7,716 nt of DNA from Octopus sinensis (taxonomy: Eukaryota). Below are positions 1 to 7,716 of the stretch, one piece after another; within the stretch, counting starts at the first letter, position 1; the number at the start of each line of letters is the position of its first letter. Location of the stretch: the NCBI RefSeq assembly GCF_006345805.1, contig NW_021828547.1:1-7716 (forward strand), given 5' to 3'. The translations under genes were made by a program, and so were the position numbers. The notes below the pieces were generated by a model. That model saw only the letters and a program-made list of their open reading frames with translations. It was not told the origin of the DNA and ran no database searches.

Positions 1-24
1 CATACATTAATACACACCATACCC

Positions 25-210
25 TATATGTATATGTATATATATGTATATGGTATATATAGAAATATATATATTTATATTTATATACATATATATATAA
101 ATATATATATATATTTATATTTATATTATATGTATATTACATATATATAACTATATATATATATATTTATATTTATATTATATTTATATACATATATATA
201 TAAAATATAT

Positions 211-244
<34 letters not shown>

Positions 245-326
245 AACATATACATTATATGTACATATATTATGCGTATATTTATACGTATGCATATGTA
301 TGTATATATACATATCCGTATATATG

Positions 327-374
<48 letters not shown>

Positions 375-388
375 TGTGTGTGTGTGTG
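25..388. repeat. Compound microsatellite/low-complexity tract: degenerate (TA)n, (CA)n at ~228-244, (TG)n at ~339-388
   Basis: Dinucleotide runs are directly visible. Confidence 0.95.
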
Positions 389-418
389 CTCACCACGGTA
401 TTGGTGGATAAATATGAT

Positions 419-547
419 TTATTTTGGCTTAACAAGGCTACCAATAGTTTCATGTTATTTGAACCAACACTTCCATGCGGTTTGCTTCAACAATTGGGAA
501 GATCATTTCACATGAAACTAATACTGATCTTGTTAAGCCACAAATAA
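419..547. mobile_element. Short fold-back / MITE-like element with imperfect terminal inverted repeats
   Basis: TGGCTTAACAAG (425-436) is the exact reverse complement of CTTGTTAAGCCA (529-540). TAGTTTCATGT (445-455) is the exact reverse complement of ACATGAAACTA (510-520). Both arms have an 8-nt spacer between the blocks. TTATTT/AAATAA extends the match outward with one indel. MITE identity is inference. Confidence 0.55.
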
Positions 548-576
548 TATATATTATATATTTATATATTTGCGTA

Positions 577-640
<64 letters not shown>

Positions 641-656
641 CGTGCGTGTGTGTGTG
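547..656. repeat. Degenerate (TA)n followed by long (TG)n microsatellite
   Basis: Directly visible. Confidence 0.95.
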
Positions 657-759
657 CAAGTACTGCTAACATGTACTCCATAGTAAAACCATTACATGAT
701 CAGGTCCGATTGTTTACTTCGGGTTTTCAGTGAACATAACATCCTTTGGTTGATAGGTC

Positions 760-1470
760 AACAATAAGTCGTGGTTGCTCTGATTTCGTTGTAGTCCTTT
801 GCACATGGTTTAAATTAATTTAAATTTCTTTGATATCACAAAGGGGGATGTTGGTCATGTTTTGTAAACTTTTTAGAGAAATGTTATAAGAGTGAAGGTC
901 TTTAAATGCTATAGGTTTTTTGGTATGTGTATTTAAGGACGTGAGTTCTGAGATCTGATAATACTTCATATTTCCCGAAAGACTATGGAATGTAATTCCT
1001 ATCAGAGTTTCTGGGAAGAGGTATAATGTACAGAGACTTTTATTTGTGGTTAAGGTCTTCGACTTGGGTTCCTCATTCAGTAAATAATTTTGTAATCTCT
1101 CCATTCGGTAGCTAAGGTCTGGGCTGTGGGCAGTAGTACAGCCTGGTCAGAAATCAAAGGATTTTCAGTGTCTATTTACTATCAGATCTCTGAAAGTAAA
1201 GGTACCAAACCATTGACCCATTGAGCTCCCATGTTCATATTTTGAAGTGTTTCTCTGTTGGGATAAGGTAAGGTGTTTGTTCGGGAATTCTCGTTCCTCA
1301 ACGGAGGGCATCGAATTTTGTGACTTTCTATGACATTGTCAATCGCCCAGTTGTACATGGCGTCCAGGTCTCGCCAGAGGGCGTAGACATCGTTAAGTGT
1401 CCTTATCTCTAGCATCACCTTTGTGTCGTCTGCATAATTGTTGAATATGGTCGATTGTATGTTTTTGTAT
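760..1470 (-). mobile_element. Decayed CR1-group (CR1/L2-like) LINE ORF2 remnant: C-terminal half of reverse transcriptase and downstream region
   Basis: Extending ORF 1182..1418 upstream in frame gives NIQSTIFNNYADDTKVMLEIRTLNDVYALWRDLDAMYNWAIDN (YADD at 1436-1425). This fits the CR1-type pattern YADDTK...LQxDLDxxxxWA. Downstream frameshifted remnants RLYYCP (cf. RLEYC) and ERLQ (cf. LExVQR) occur in the expected order. Multiple stops and frameshifts. Confidence 0.85.
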
Positions 1471-2330
1471 TATCCATTGTTGTTCTAATGTTTGTTGGGT
1501 GATTCTAAAAAGATTGCAGTCATTTCTTGTTTGTAATGCGATTATGTTTTCTAACATCAAGTGATTTCGAGAAATTTTGATATGAGCATGTGATATTGTT
1601 GAAGGGCAGTAGGATGAAATATAATTTAATATCAGTCTTCTTCAGAAATTGATTTCGTTTTGTTTATTCATTATTTAGCCCTTTTTTTCCATGAAAATAT
1701 ATTTTTCGTTTGGTCAATATTCATTCACTTCATCTTCCCCCATTATTTAGCTGTTTTTCTTCTTTGTAATGAGAGAACTTTATTGAAATATTTCCTCTTT
1801 TTTAGTGAACATCTACAACAGATAGGACCGTATTGTAATTCATAGGGATTTGGTTGGGATTGTCCTGGTTTTTCAGATTCTATGTTGTCTATAATGTTGC
1901 TATGTTTATGACAGTGTGTGCTTTCGAGAAAATTTGGCTGTTTAGGTTGGGGAGGGGATTTTCTAAAGACATGTACACTTCTCCCACATTAGAATACTTA
2001 GCATTGATTCTGCAAGGACTTACTACTTTCATATCCCCTTAGCTATTTCCTCCTTGTAGTGGTACATTATTGACTCATTGCTCTTGATTAAGGATATTTT
2101 TGCTTAGTATCTCTTTTCAGCAGGTAAATATTTACTTTACTATTTCTTCATTATTTAGACAGTTCTTTCGACTGTGTGGATAAACGCTTTTGATTGACAA
2201 AATTCCCCAACTTCACAAATGCACTTTTTTATTATTATTTTAGTAACACTGTATAGAAATATTGTTATACATGGCGATGGTCATCTTTTGCCAATTAAAC
2301 ACACGCACTATTTATTTGATCTCCACTTTA
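1471..2330 (-). mobile_element. Probable upstream portion of the same LINE (degraded endonuclease / ORF1 / 5' region)
   Basis: The minus strand is A-rich like a LINE sense strand. Weak remnants: SYCPS...KFLE...MTAIFL (~1614-1500, cf. APE YRPP...GDFN segment) and PICCRCSLKKRKYFNK (~1826-1779, Cys/basic, ORF1 zinc-finger-like). The boundary is uncertain. Confidence 0.4.
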
Positions 2331-2334
<4 letters not shown>

Positions 2335-2393
<59 letters not shown>

Positions 2394-2440
2394 GTTATTA
2401 TTATCTCATTATATCATTATTATTATTATTAATTATTTTA

Positions 2441-2485
<45 letters not shown>
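2335..2485. repeat. (ATT)n/(TAA)n trinucleotide microsatellite, imperfect in the middle
   Basis: Directly visible; it produces the poly-I/poly-L of ORF 2219..2593. Confidence 0.95.
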
Positions 2486-2710
2486 GCTATTTGTCAGAGT
2501 TCTTCCGCCGTACATTCTGTGACCTCTTCAACGACACTCGGTCCCATGTGTTTCCTCTTTTCTGCTTGTTCCATTTTATATGGAGACATATAAACGTATT
2601 TGTGAAGAGACAACGTCAGATTTATTTGCAGACTTGAGATAAAACAGAGTTAAGAGGAAGCAAACAGTTAGCAATACACACGTCAAACACTTAAATGATT
2701 AATGAATGCA

Positions 2711-3290
2711 AAGGCGAGCTGGCAGAAACGTTAGCACGCCAGGCGAAATGCGTAGCCGTATTTCGTCTGCCGTTACGTTCTGATTTCAAATTCCGCCGAG
2801 GTCGACTTTGCGTTTCATCCTTTTGGGGTCGATAAATTAAGTACCCTGTTACGCACTGGGGTCGATATAATCGACTTAATCCCATTGTCTGTCCTTGTTT
2901 GTCCTCTGTGTATTTAGCCCCTTGTGGGTAGTAAAGAAATAGAAATGGGTATTTCGTCTGCTGTTACGTTTGAGTTCAAATTCCGCCGAGGTCGACTTTG
3001 CCTTTCATCCTTTCGGGGTCGATAAATTAAGTACCAGTTACGCACTGGGGTCGATTCGACTTAATCCGTTTGTCTGTCCTTGTTTGTCCTCTTTGTATTT
3101 AGCCCCTTGTGGGTAGTAAAGAAATAGGTATTTCGCCTGTCTTTATGTTCTGAGTTCAAATTCCACCAAGGTCGACTTTACTGTTCATCCTTTCGGGGTC
3201 GATAAATTAAGCACTAGTGGCGTACTGGAGTCGATCTAATCGACTGCTCCCTCCCCAAAAGATTTCGGGGTTTGTGCCTAGAGTAGAAAA
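2711..3290 (+). mobile_element. tRNA-derived SINE with a triplicated body (units start at 2758, 2949, 3128)
   Basis: Single head AAGGCGAGCTGGCAGAAACGTTAGC. Three near-identical units, each with a B-box-like GAGTTCAAATTCC (GATTTCAAATTCC in unit 1) and a core like GTCGACTTTGCCTTTCATCCTTTCGGGGTCGATAAATTAAG. Exact direct repeat GATTAATGAATGCA at 2697-2710 and 3291-3304. Confidence 0.85.
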
Positions 3291-3368
3291 GATTAATGAA
3301 TGCACAGATAAAAATGAATCCAAATAGGACAGAAATACAAACATGTATTAATTAATCATGTCTGTCGC

Positions 3369-3417
3369 ATATATATGAATTATATTATACCGTGTGTGTG
3401 TGTGTACGTATATATAT

Positions 3418-3454
<37 letters not shown>

Positions 3455-3558
3455 TATATATATATATAATATATACTTAATCCAAACATGAAAACACAAA
3501 GAGAAAACACAACAACGCGTGTGTGTGTGTATGTGTGTATGTATCTGTGTGTGTATGT
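3369..3558. repeat. Compound (TA)n/(TG)n microsatellite region
   Basis: Directly visible, with a short non-repeat spacer at ~3477-3517. Confidence 0.9.
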
Positions 3559-3564
3559 TAGAGC

Positions 3565-4150
3565 GCATTGTGACTTTAAGCAAAGCTCTTCCTTCCTCGT
3601 TGCTCCAGTCTTTTCAGCTGTAATAAGTATCAACCGAGTGCTGGTGCAAAGACGTCTTTCTTCGTCTCTCACAACTTGGCTGATCCAATGGCTGAAGCGT
3701 GAGAACGTCGAGAGTGTGTTAATATCTGATAGCCACTACCTGCTCACCTAACACAGTTAAAGGCCAGACAGCAAGATGAGTTTTTCCACTCTTCAGCGAT
3801 CGGCCCCTCATCTTGGATGCCACGTACTGTGACACCTCCAACAGCAACCAAGCGGGTTCAGCTGCCAGCCCGGGCTTCGCTGCTCGTCAGGTCGAGAAAC
3901 TTTCAAAGTTTCGGCTGCTCTCAAACAGATTTGTGGACGAGCCGGTGGTAGGGAGACCTCCGGCGTTCTTGGCTCACGGACTGCATCCGTCCTCACTGCT
4001 ATCAGGGCGGAGATGGCTATCCGCAAGCGAGAATCTCATGAGTTGGAGTGGCGGTTCCAGCGTGTCACCCATGCCACCTTTAGGGTCAATGCCTTTTTTA
4101 TTTTGCTCGTCGGGACCATGAGGCAGACTCATAAGTCCTTGTATTTATAG
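3565..4150 (+). mobile_element. Frameshifted 3' end of a CRE-like non-LTR retrotransposon ORF (restriction-like endonuclease domain)
   Basis: Stitching frames gives LPRCSS...INRVLVQRRLSSSL...RPD (3761-3769)...FSDRPLILDATYCDT (LDAT at 3813)...GFAARQVEKLSKFRLLSNRFVDEPVV. After a frameshift at ~3953 it reads ETSGVLGSRTASVLTAIRAEMAIRKRESHELEWRFQRVTHATFRVNAFFIL...stop (4148-4150). This matches the recalled CRE-clade pattern PRH...RPDG...WDxT...KxxKY...PxxxETxGxxG...FQRxSxAxxRGNA. The region is also a local GC-rich island. Confidence 0.8.
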
Positions 4151-4332
4151 CTGTTGTATCTATCTTTCCTTGTCTATATAATATGTGTAACTGTATGTGT
4201 ACTGAAGATGTATAAATGCACAATTAACAAAAGCAACATAAATGTTTTGTTACAAAGACATAATTGTTTGTCTTGATAACATTGTTCGTTTTCTTTTCAT
4301 TTTCTTTTATTTATCTTTTTTTTTATATACAT

Positions 4333-4720
4333 GTGGAAGCACTCCGTCGGTTACGACGACGAGGGCTCCGGATGATCCGAATCAACGGAACAGCCTGCTC
4401 GTGAAATTAACGTGTAAGTGGCTGAGCACTCCACAGTCACTTGTACCCTTAACGTAGTTCTCGGGGATATTCAGCGTGACACAGAGAGTGACAAGGCTGG
4501 CCCTTTGAAATACAGGTACAACAGAAACAGGAAGTAAGAGTGAGAGAAAGTTGTGGTGAAAGAGTACAGCAGGGATCACCACCATCCCCTGCTGGAGCCT
4601 CGTGGAGCTTTTTAGGTGTTTTCGCTCAATAAACACTCACAACGCCCGGTCTGGGAATCGAAACCGTGATCCTATGACCGCGAGTCTGCTGCCCTAACCA
4701 CTGGGCCATTGCGCCTCCAC
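4333..4720 (-). mobile_element. Apparently full-length tRNA-derived SINE (octopus-type)
   Basis: The minus-strand head GGAGGCGCAATGGCCCAGTGGTTAGGGCAGCAGACTCGCGGTCATAGGATCACGGTTTCGATTCCCAGACC has an A box (TGGCCCAGTGG) and a B-box-like GTTTCGATTCC, followed by a ~310-bp non-tRNA body. Candidate TSD: TTTATATACAT (4322-4332) / TTTACATACAT (4721-4731), 10/11 identical. Confidence 0.85.
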
Positions 4721-5462
4721 TTTACATACATACTTTGTCTCAGATCGTTTTGCTTTATATATTTGCATATAATTTTTTGAAAGGAAAAATGCTTATCTCT
4801 TTCTCTCGTGAAATTAATATTAAATATTTTAAAATAGATTATTTAAAAAAAAATAACGAGAAGTAAATAATTGTTTGCTGTTATTATTGTACTTGTGTAG
4901 ACCCTCATCAACCGTGATTAAGTAGCCCTATGGCATTTCACTTGTGTCTATACAATGCATCATGTTTCTTCATCCCACTTTTTTTTTGTATAAGATGTAT
5001 CTGTTATTTCTAGCAAGTCGCAAAACGACTTCATTTCTGGTGAAAATATTTCTAGAAATCATACTTTTGGAAATACCTGGAAAATTATGAATGTTTGCGA
5101 CCGATATCCTTTCAAGTGTTAGGTGTATGGTACTTGAAATTGCATACTATACTGTATCTAGAGAAAGTCACTCCTTTATGTAATACAGATTTGAACCCGG
5201 CGCCCCAGGCTAGCGACCGTTGATCAAACCGCTCAACAAGTACATGATGTTGGATAATGTAGTATGAGATAAACAGTATTTAAAAAAACGGGATGGTCAC
5301 AGCCGGAATGCCTTTGATCATAGGTCAGCTCTACGGAGGCTGGAATCTGGGGATAAGAAGCAAAATCACTTGGTAATTAGACTTTAGCATGAACTTTCCA
5401 GGAATGAGCTTTGCATTCACATGGTACCTATTTATGGCTATGAGGACTGAGATAGATAGCAA

Positions 5463-5850
5463 GGGTTCCAGATTATCTTTGCGATTTCGGTTGGTTATAC
5501 TCGAGATTGCGAGGATAATCTGGAACTCGACTGAGGAAAGAAAACTCCGAATGACCTGTCCTTGTTTTCTGTGTATCGTCTATCTGGATGTTTTGTTGTC
5601 GCTTTTTTTGTATCACCTAATTGTCTGGATATTTTGCGTTCTTGTCCCATTTTGTATTTTTTTATATATAAAAACATATAGCAGCGTACGTAAACTTTGG
5701 TCTCCTGTATATATATATATATGTCCCTTTCTGTAGATGAGCGTAGGCTCGAAACCTAAAAGACTTTTCTATTCCTGAGCGTTATACTAATGCATCTGTT
5801 TGTTTTCTACATCACCTGTCTTCGTCTTTTGTTGTTTTTTTCGTAAACCT

Positions 5851-5853
<3 letters not shown>
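5463..5853 (+). mobile_element. Putative Penelope-like element terminal-repeat (pLTR-type) fragment
   Basis: T-rich non-coding segment that starts with an inverted duplication (5465-5526). It carries a degenerate minimal-hammerhead-like motif at 5723-5764 and ends at a (TA)n tract. Inverted ends and minimal hammerheads are known PLE traits, but no PLE coding sequence is seen, so the assignment is inference. Confidence 0.45.
5465..5526 (+). repeat. Inverted repeat: 25-bp stem, 12-nt loop
   Basis: 5465-5489 pairs with 5502-5526, giving 21 Watson-Crick pairs and 4 G:U pairs with no bulges on the + strand. Confidence 0.9.
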
Positions 5854-5895
<42 letters not shown>

Positions 5896-6087
5896 CATTA
5901 ATATAGATATATATTAATATAGACATGCATAGGCACACAAATATATGTTTTTGTGTGTGCGAGTCTATGCTTGCTTGTGTGTGTGTGTCTGTGCGTGTGT
6001 ATGTCTGTGTCTGCGTATGTCAGTGTGTGTGTGTGTTGTGTGTGTGTGTGTGTATGTGTATGAGTGTGAATGTGTGCGTGCGTGTGT
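5854..6087. repeat. (TA)n tract followed by degenerate (TG)n tract
   Basis: Directly visible. Confidence 0.9.
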
Positions 6088-6419
6088 CTTTTCGTACAGA
6101 CCATGAAAAACAGGATGAATAATCCATATTCAAGCTTCTAAATTAGCAAACACTATCATACAGCAGATAAACAAATAATTGAAATGATGATAATACAGTT
6201 TGTTGTAGGGTTGGTCCGCAAGCCCTGGGGTTGGCCTGTGAGGGTTGAAGAAATCCACAAGAAATTACCACGTTAAATAAAATCAGATAAACCTTTGAAA
6301 CTTTTTAAGATCGTAGAAACACTAATTTCATAACAGGTAATTTCCATTTTGTTTTGTCATTGAGATGAAACTTACTTGGAAAAGGATGCGTGGCGTTCGA
6401 TCATATGATAATATAAATA

Positions 6420-6585
6420 GGAGTGGCTGTGTGGTAAGTAGCTTGCTAACCAACCACATGGTTCCGGGTTCAGTCCCACTGCGTGACATCTTGGGCAAGT
6501 GTCTTCTACTATAGCCCGGCGCCCCGGGCCGACCAAATGCCTTGTGAGTGGATTTGGTAACGGAAACCGAAAGAAGCCTGTCGTA

Positions 6586-6653
<68 letters not shown>

Positions 6654-6870
6654 TATATATTGTGTGTATGTTTGTGTTGTTGTCCCCCTAGCATTGCTTG
6701 ACAACCGATGCTGGGGTGTTTGCGTCCCCCACTTAGCGGTTCGGCAAGGGGAAACCGATAGAATAAGTACTGGGCTTACAAAGAATAAGTCCCAGGGTCG
6801 ATTTGCTTGACTAAGGGCGGTGCTCCAGCATGGCCGCAGTCAAATGACTGAAACAAGTAAAAGAGTAAAA
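6420..6870 (+). mobile_element. tRNA-derived SINE with internal (TA)n microsatellite (octopus-type)
   Basis: Head GGAGTGGCTGTGTGGTAAGTAGCTTGCTAACCAACCACATGGTTCCGGGTTCAGTCCC with A- and B-box-like motifs. It is followed by CTTGGGCAAGTGTCTT, typical of the start of SINE central domains, then internal (TA)n at ~6584-6660 and an A-rich tail AAGTAAAAGAGTAAAA. Confidence 0.85.
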
Positions 6871-6933
6871 TAGTATATGCATATATACATACATATATGT
6901 TCATACCTACATATATATATGTATTACGATGCG

Positions 6934-7076
6934 CCCTCTTCTAACTTTACTATCTCTTCTCTGTCTATCTCTCTCCCTCACTTGTTCTTCATCCTTTCTG
7001 GTTTTCTCTCCCACCCTTCCCTATTCTTCTCCTCTCCTCTTCACCGTTCCCTCTTTCTCTCCTCCTCGACTCTCTC
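6934..7076 (+). repeat. Polypyrimidine (CT-rich) low-complexity tract
   Basis: About 140 nt that are strongly C/T biased on the + strand. Confidence 0.8.
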
Positions 7077-7649
7077 GTCGCCGACACATGACGAAAGAGA
7101 ATCTTTCTGCCCACAACCTTCGTAAAGACAACAACGTGCTTATACTGTCTCCTTCATAAGATCGTCCTCCTAGCGTTCATAATAATTTTTCTATCGTCTT
7201 GGCTTAACAGTCCTCACCGTTTGTTTTTACTATTTTGTTCTCACTCTCCTGTTCTTGTTACCACTTTCACCCTCCGCAATAAATTCTGAATTTTATTTAA
7301 TTTGCTTGCGGGAAGGACTGTTTCAACTAAGTCGCATCTTGTCCTTGCCTTCGAAATGTGGAGTGTTTGAAACAGGGACAACTGAAGAAGGCGAATATTC
7401 TTTATGTTGTATGTCTTGTTCCTCTGTTTGTTTTTTTCGTTATTCCAAAAAAGTTCATTTCTATGTTTTTGTTTTTATGTTTTCGTTTCTTGTGTTCAAC
7501 GTTTTTTGATCTCCTGTGCCCATATATGCATGTATATATACATATAGATGTAGGTATGTACATATTTGTATGTATATATGCATATGTTTATATATTATTT
7601 ATATTATTATATGATCGAACGCCACGCATCCGTTTCCATGTACGTTTTA

Positions 7650-7716
7650 TCTCTCTCTTTCTCTATATGTGTGTGTGTGCATGTGTATGCGTGTGTGCGT
7701 CTGTGTGTATACACAT
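7650..7716. repeat. Short (CT)n and degenerate (TG)n microsatellite
   Basis: Directly visible. Confidence 0.85.

Larger units (their letters stand above)
6362..7653. repeat. Long-range inverted repeat pair; left arm split (6362-6419 + 6875-6924), right arm 7538-7653
   Basis: The reverse complement of 6362-6419 matches 7596-7653 at 53/58 positions, including the exact 23-mer ATATGATCGAACGCCACGCATCC. The reverse complement of 6875-6924 matches 7538-7585 (shared GTAGGTATG...TGTATGTATATATGCATAT). Confidence 0.85.

Noticed and set aside
184-669. ORFs 184..453, 272..547, 450..659, 475..669
   Set aside because: HT/CV/YI-rich translations of dinucleotide microsatellites; no coding signal.
2219-2593. 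124-aa hydrophobic ORF resembling a membrane protein
   Set aside because: The poly-I/poly-L runs come from the (ATT)n microsatellite.
2487-2690. Possible RTE-like LINE 3' end on the minus strand leading into a (TAA)n tail (QVCK..., EQAEKRK...VVEE)
   Set aside because: The resemblance needs several assumed frameshifts and is too weak to call without a profile search.
2758-3290. Tandem units considered as a CRISPR-like array
   Set aside because: The units are ~180-190 bp and similar along their length, with no unique spacers and no cas genes; the context is a eukaryotic SINE.
3808-4121. ORFs 3808..4026 (-) and 3813..4121 (+) as standalone genes
   Set aside because: The minus ORF is the antisense shadow of the retrotransposon relic. 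The plus ORF leaves the homologous frame at ~3953.
4645-4720. tRNA gene on the minus strand (likewise 6420-6490 on plus)
   Set aside because: A/B boxes are present, but I could not build a convincing cloverleaf and the sequence continues into a SINE body.
5389-6122. ORFs 5389..5736, 5495..5677, 5898..6104, 5925..6122
   Set aside because: They overlap T-rich repeat sequence or microsatellites and show no recognisable domain.
6370-6375. Minus-strand GTAAGT splice-donor match
   Set aside because: It lies within the inverted-repeat arm, the partner arm reads GTACGT, and there is no supportable upstream exon.
7382-7410. CTGAAGA (and CTGAGGA at 5531) as additional hammerhead cores
   Set aside because: No properly placed stem II + GAAA + UH with a closing stem I could be built.
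6372-7509. ORFs 6372..6704, 6499..6810, 6509..6694, 6877..7125, 6929..7159, 7255..7509
   Set aside because: They derive from SINE, (TA)n or CT-rich low-complexity sequence.

Overview
Non-coding, repeat-saturated eukaryotic DNA. It is most likely an intergenic or intronic region of a coleoid cephalopod (Octopus-like), inferred from the SINE types and dense TA/TG/ATT microsatellites. I find no intact protein-coding gene, tRNA, rRNA or CRISPR array; most ORF-track entries are microsatellite artefacts. The window contains: (1) a small fold-back/MITE-like element at 419-547; (2) a decayed, apparently internally deleted CR1-group LINE on the minus strand (YADD at 1436-1425); (3) a trimeric tRNA-derived SINE at 2711-3290 with an exact 14-bp flanking direct repeat; (4) the frameshifted 3' end of a CRE-like non-LTR retrotransposon (restriction-like endonuclease domain) at ~3565-4150; (5) two more tRNA-derived SINEs (4333-4720 minus, ~6420-6870 plus); (6) a putative Penelope-like terminal-repeat fragment with a 25-bp hairpin whose only non-Watson-Crick pairs are G:U, plus a degenerate minimal hammerhead motif; (7) a hidden ~110-bp inverted repeat pair spanning 6362-7653, with its left arm split by a SINE. 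Family names come from motif recall, not database searches.
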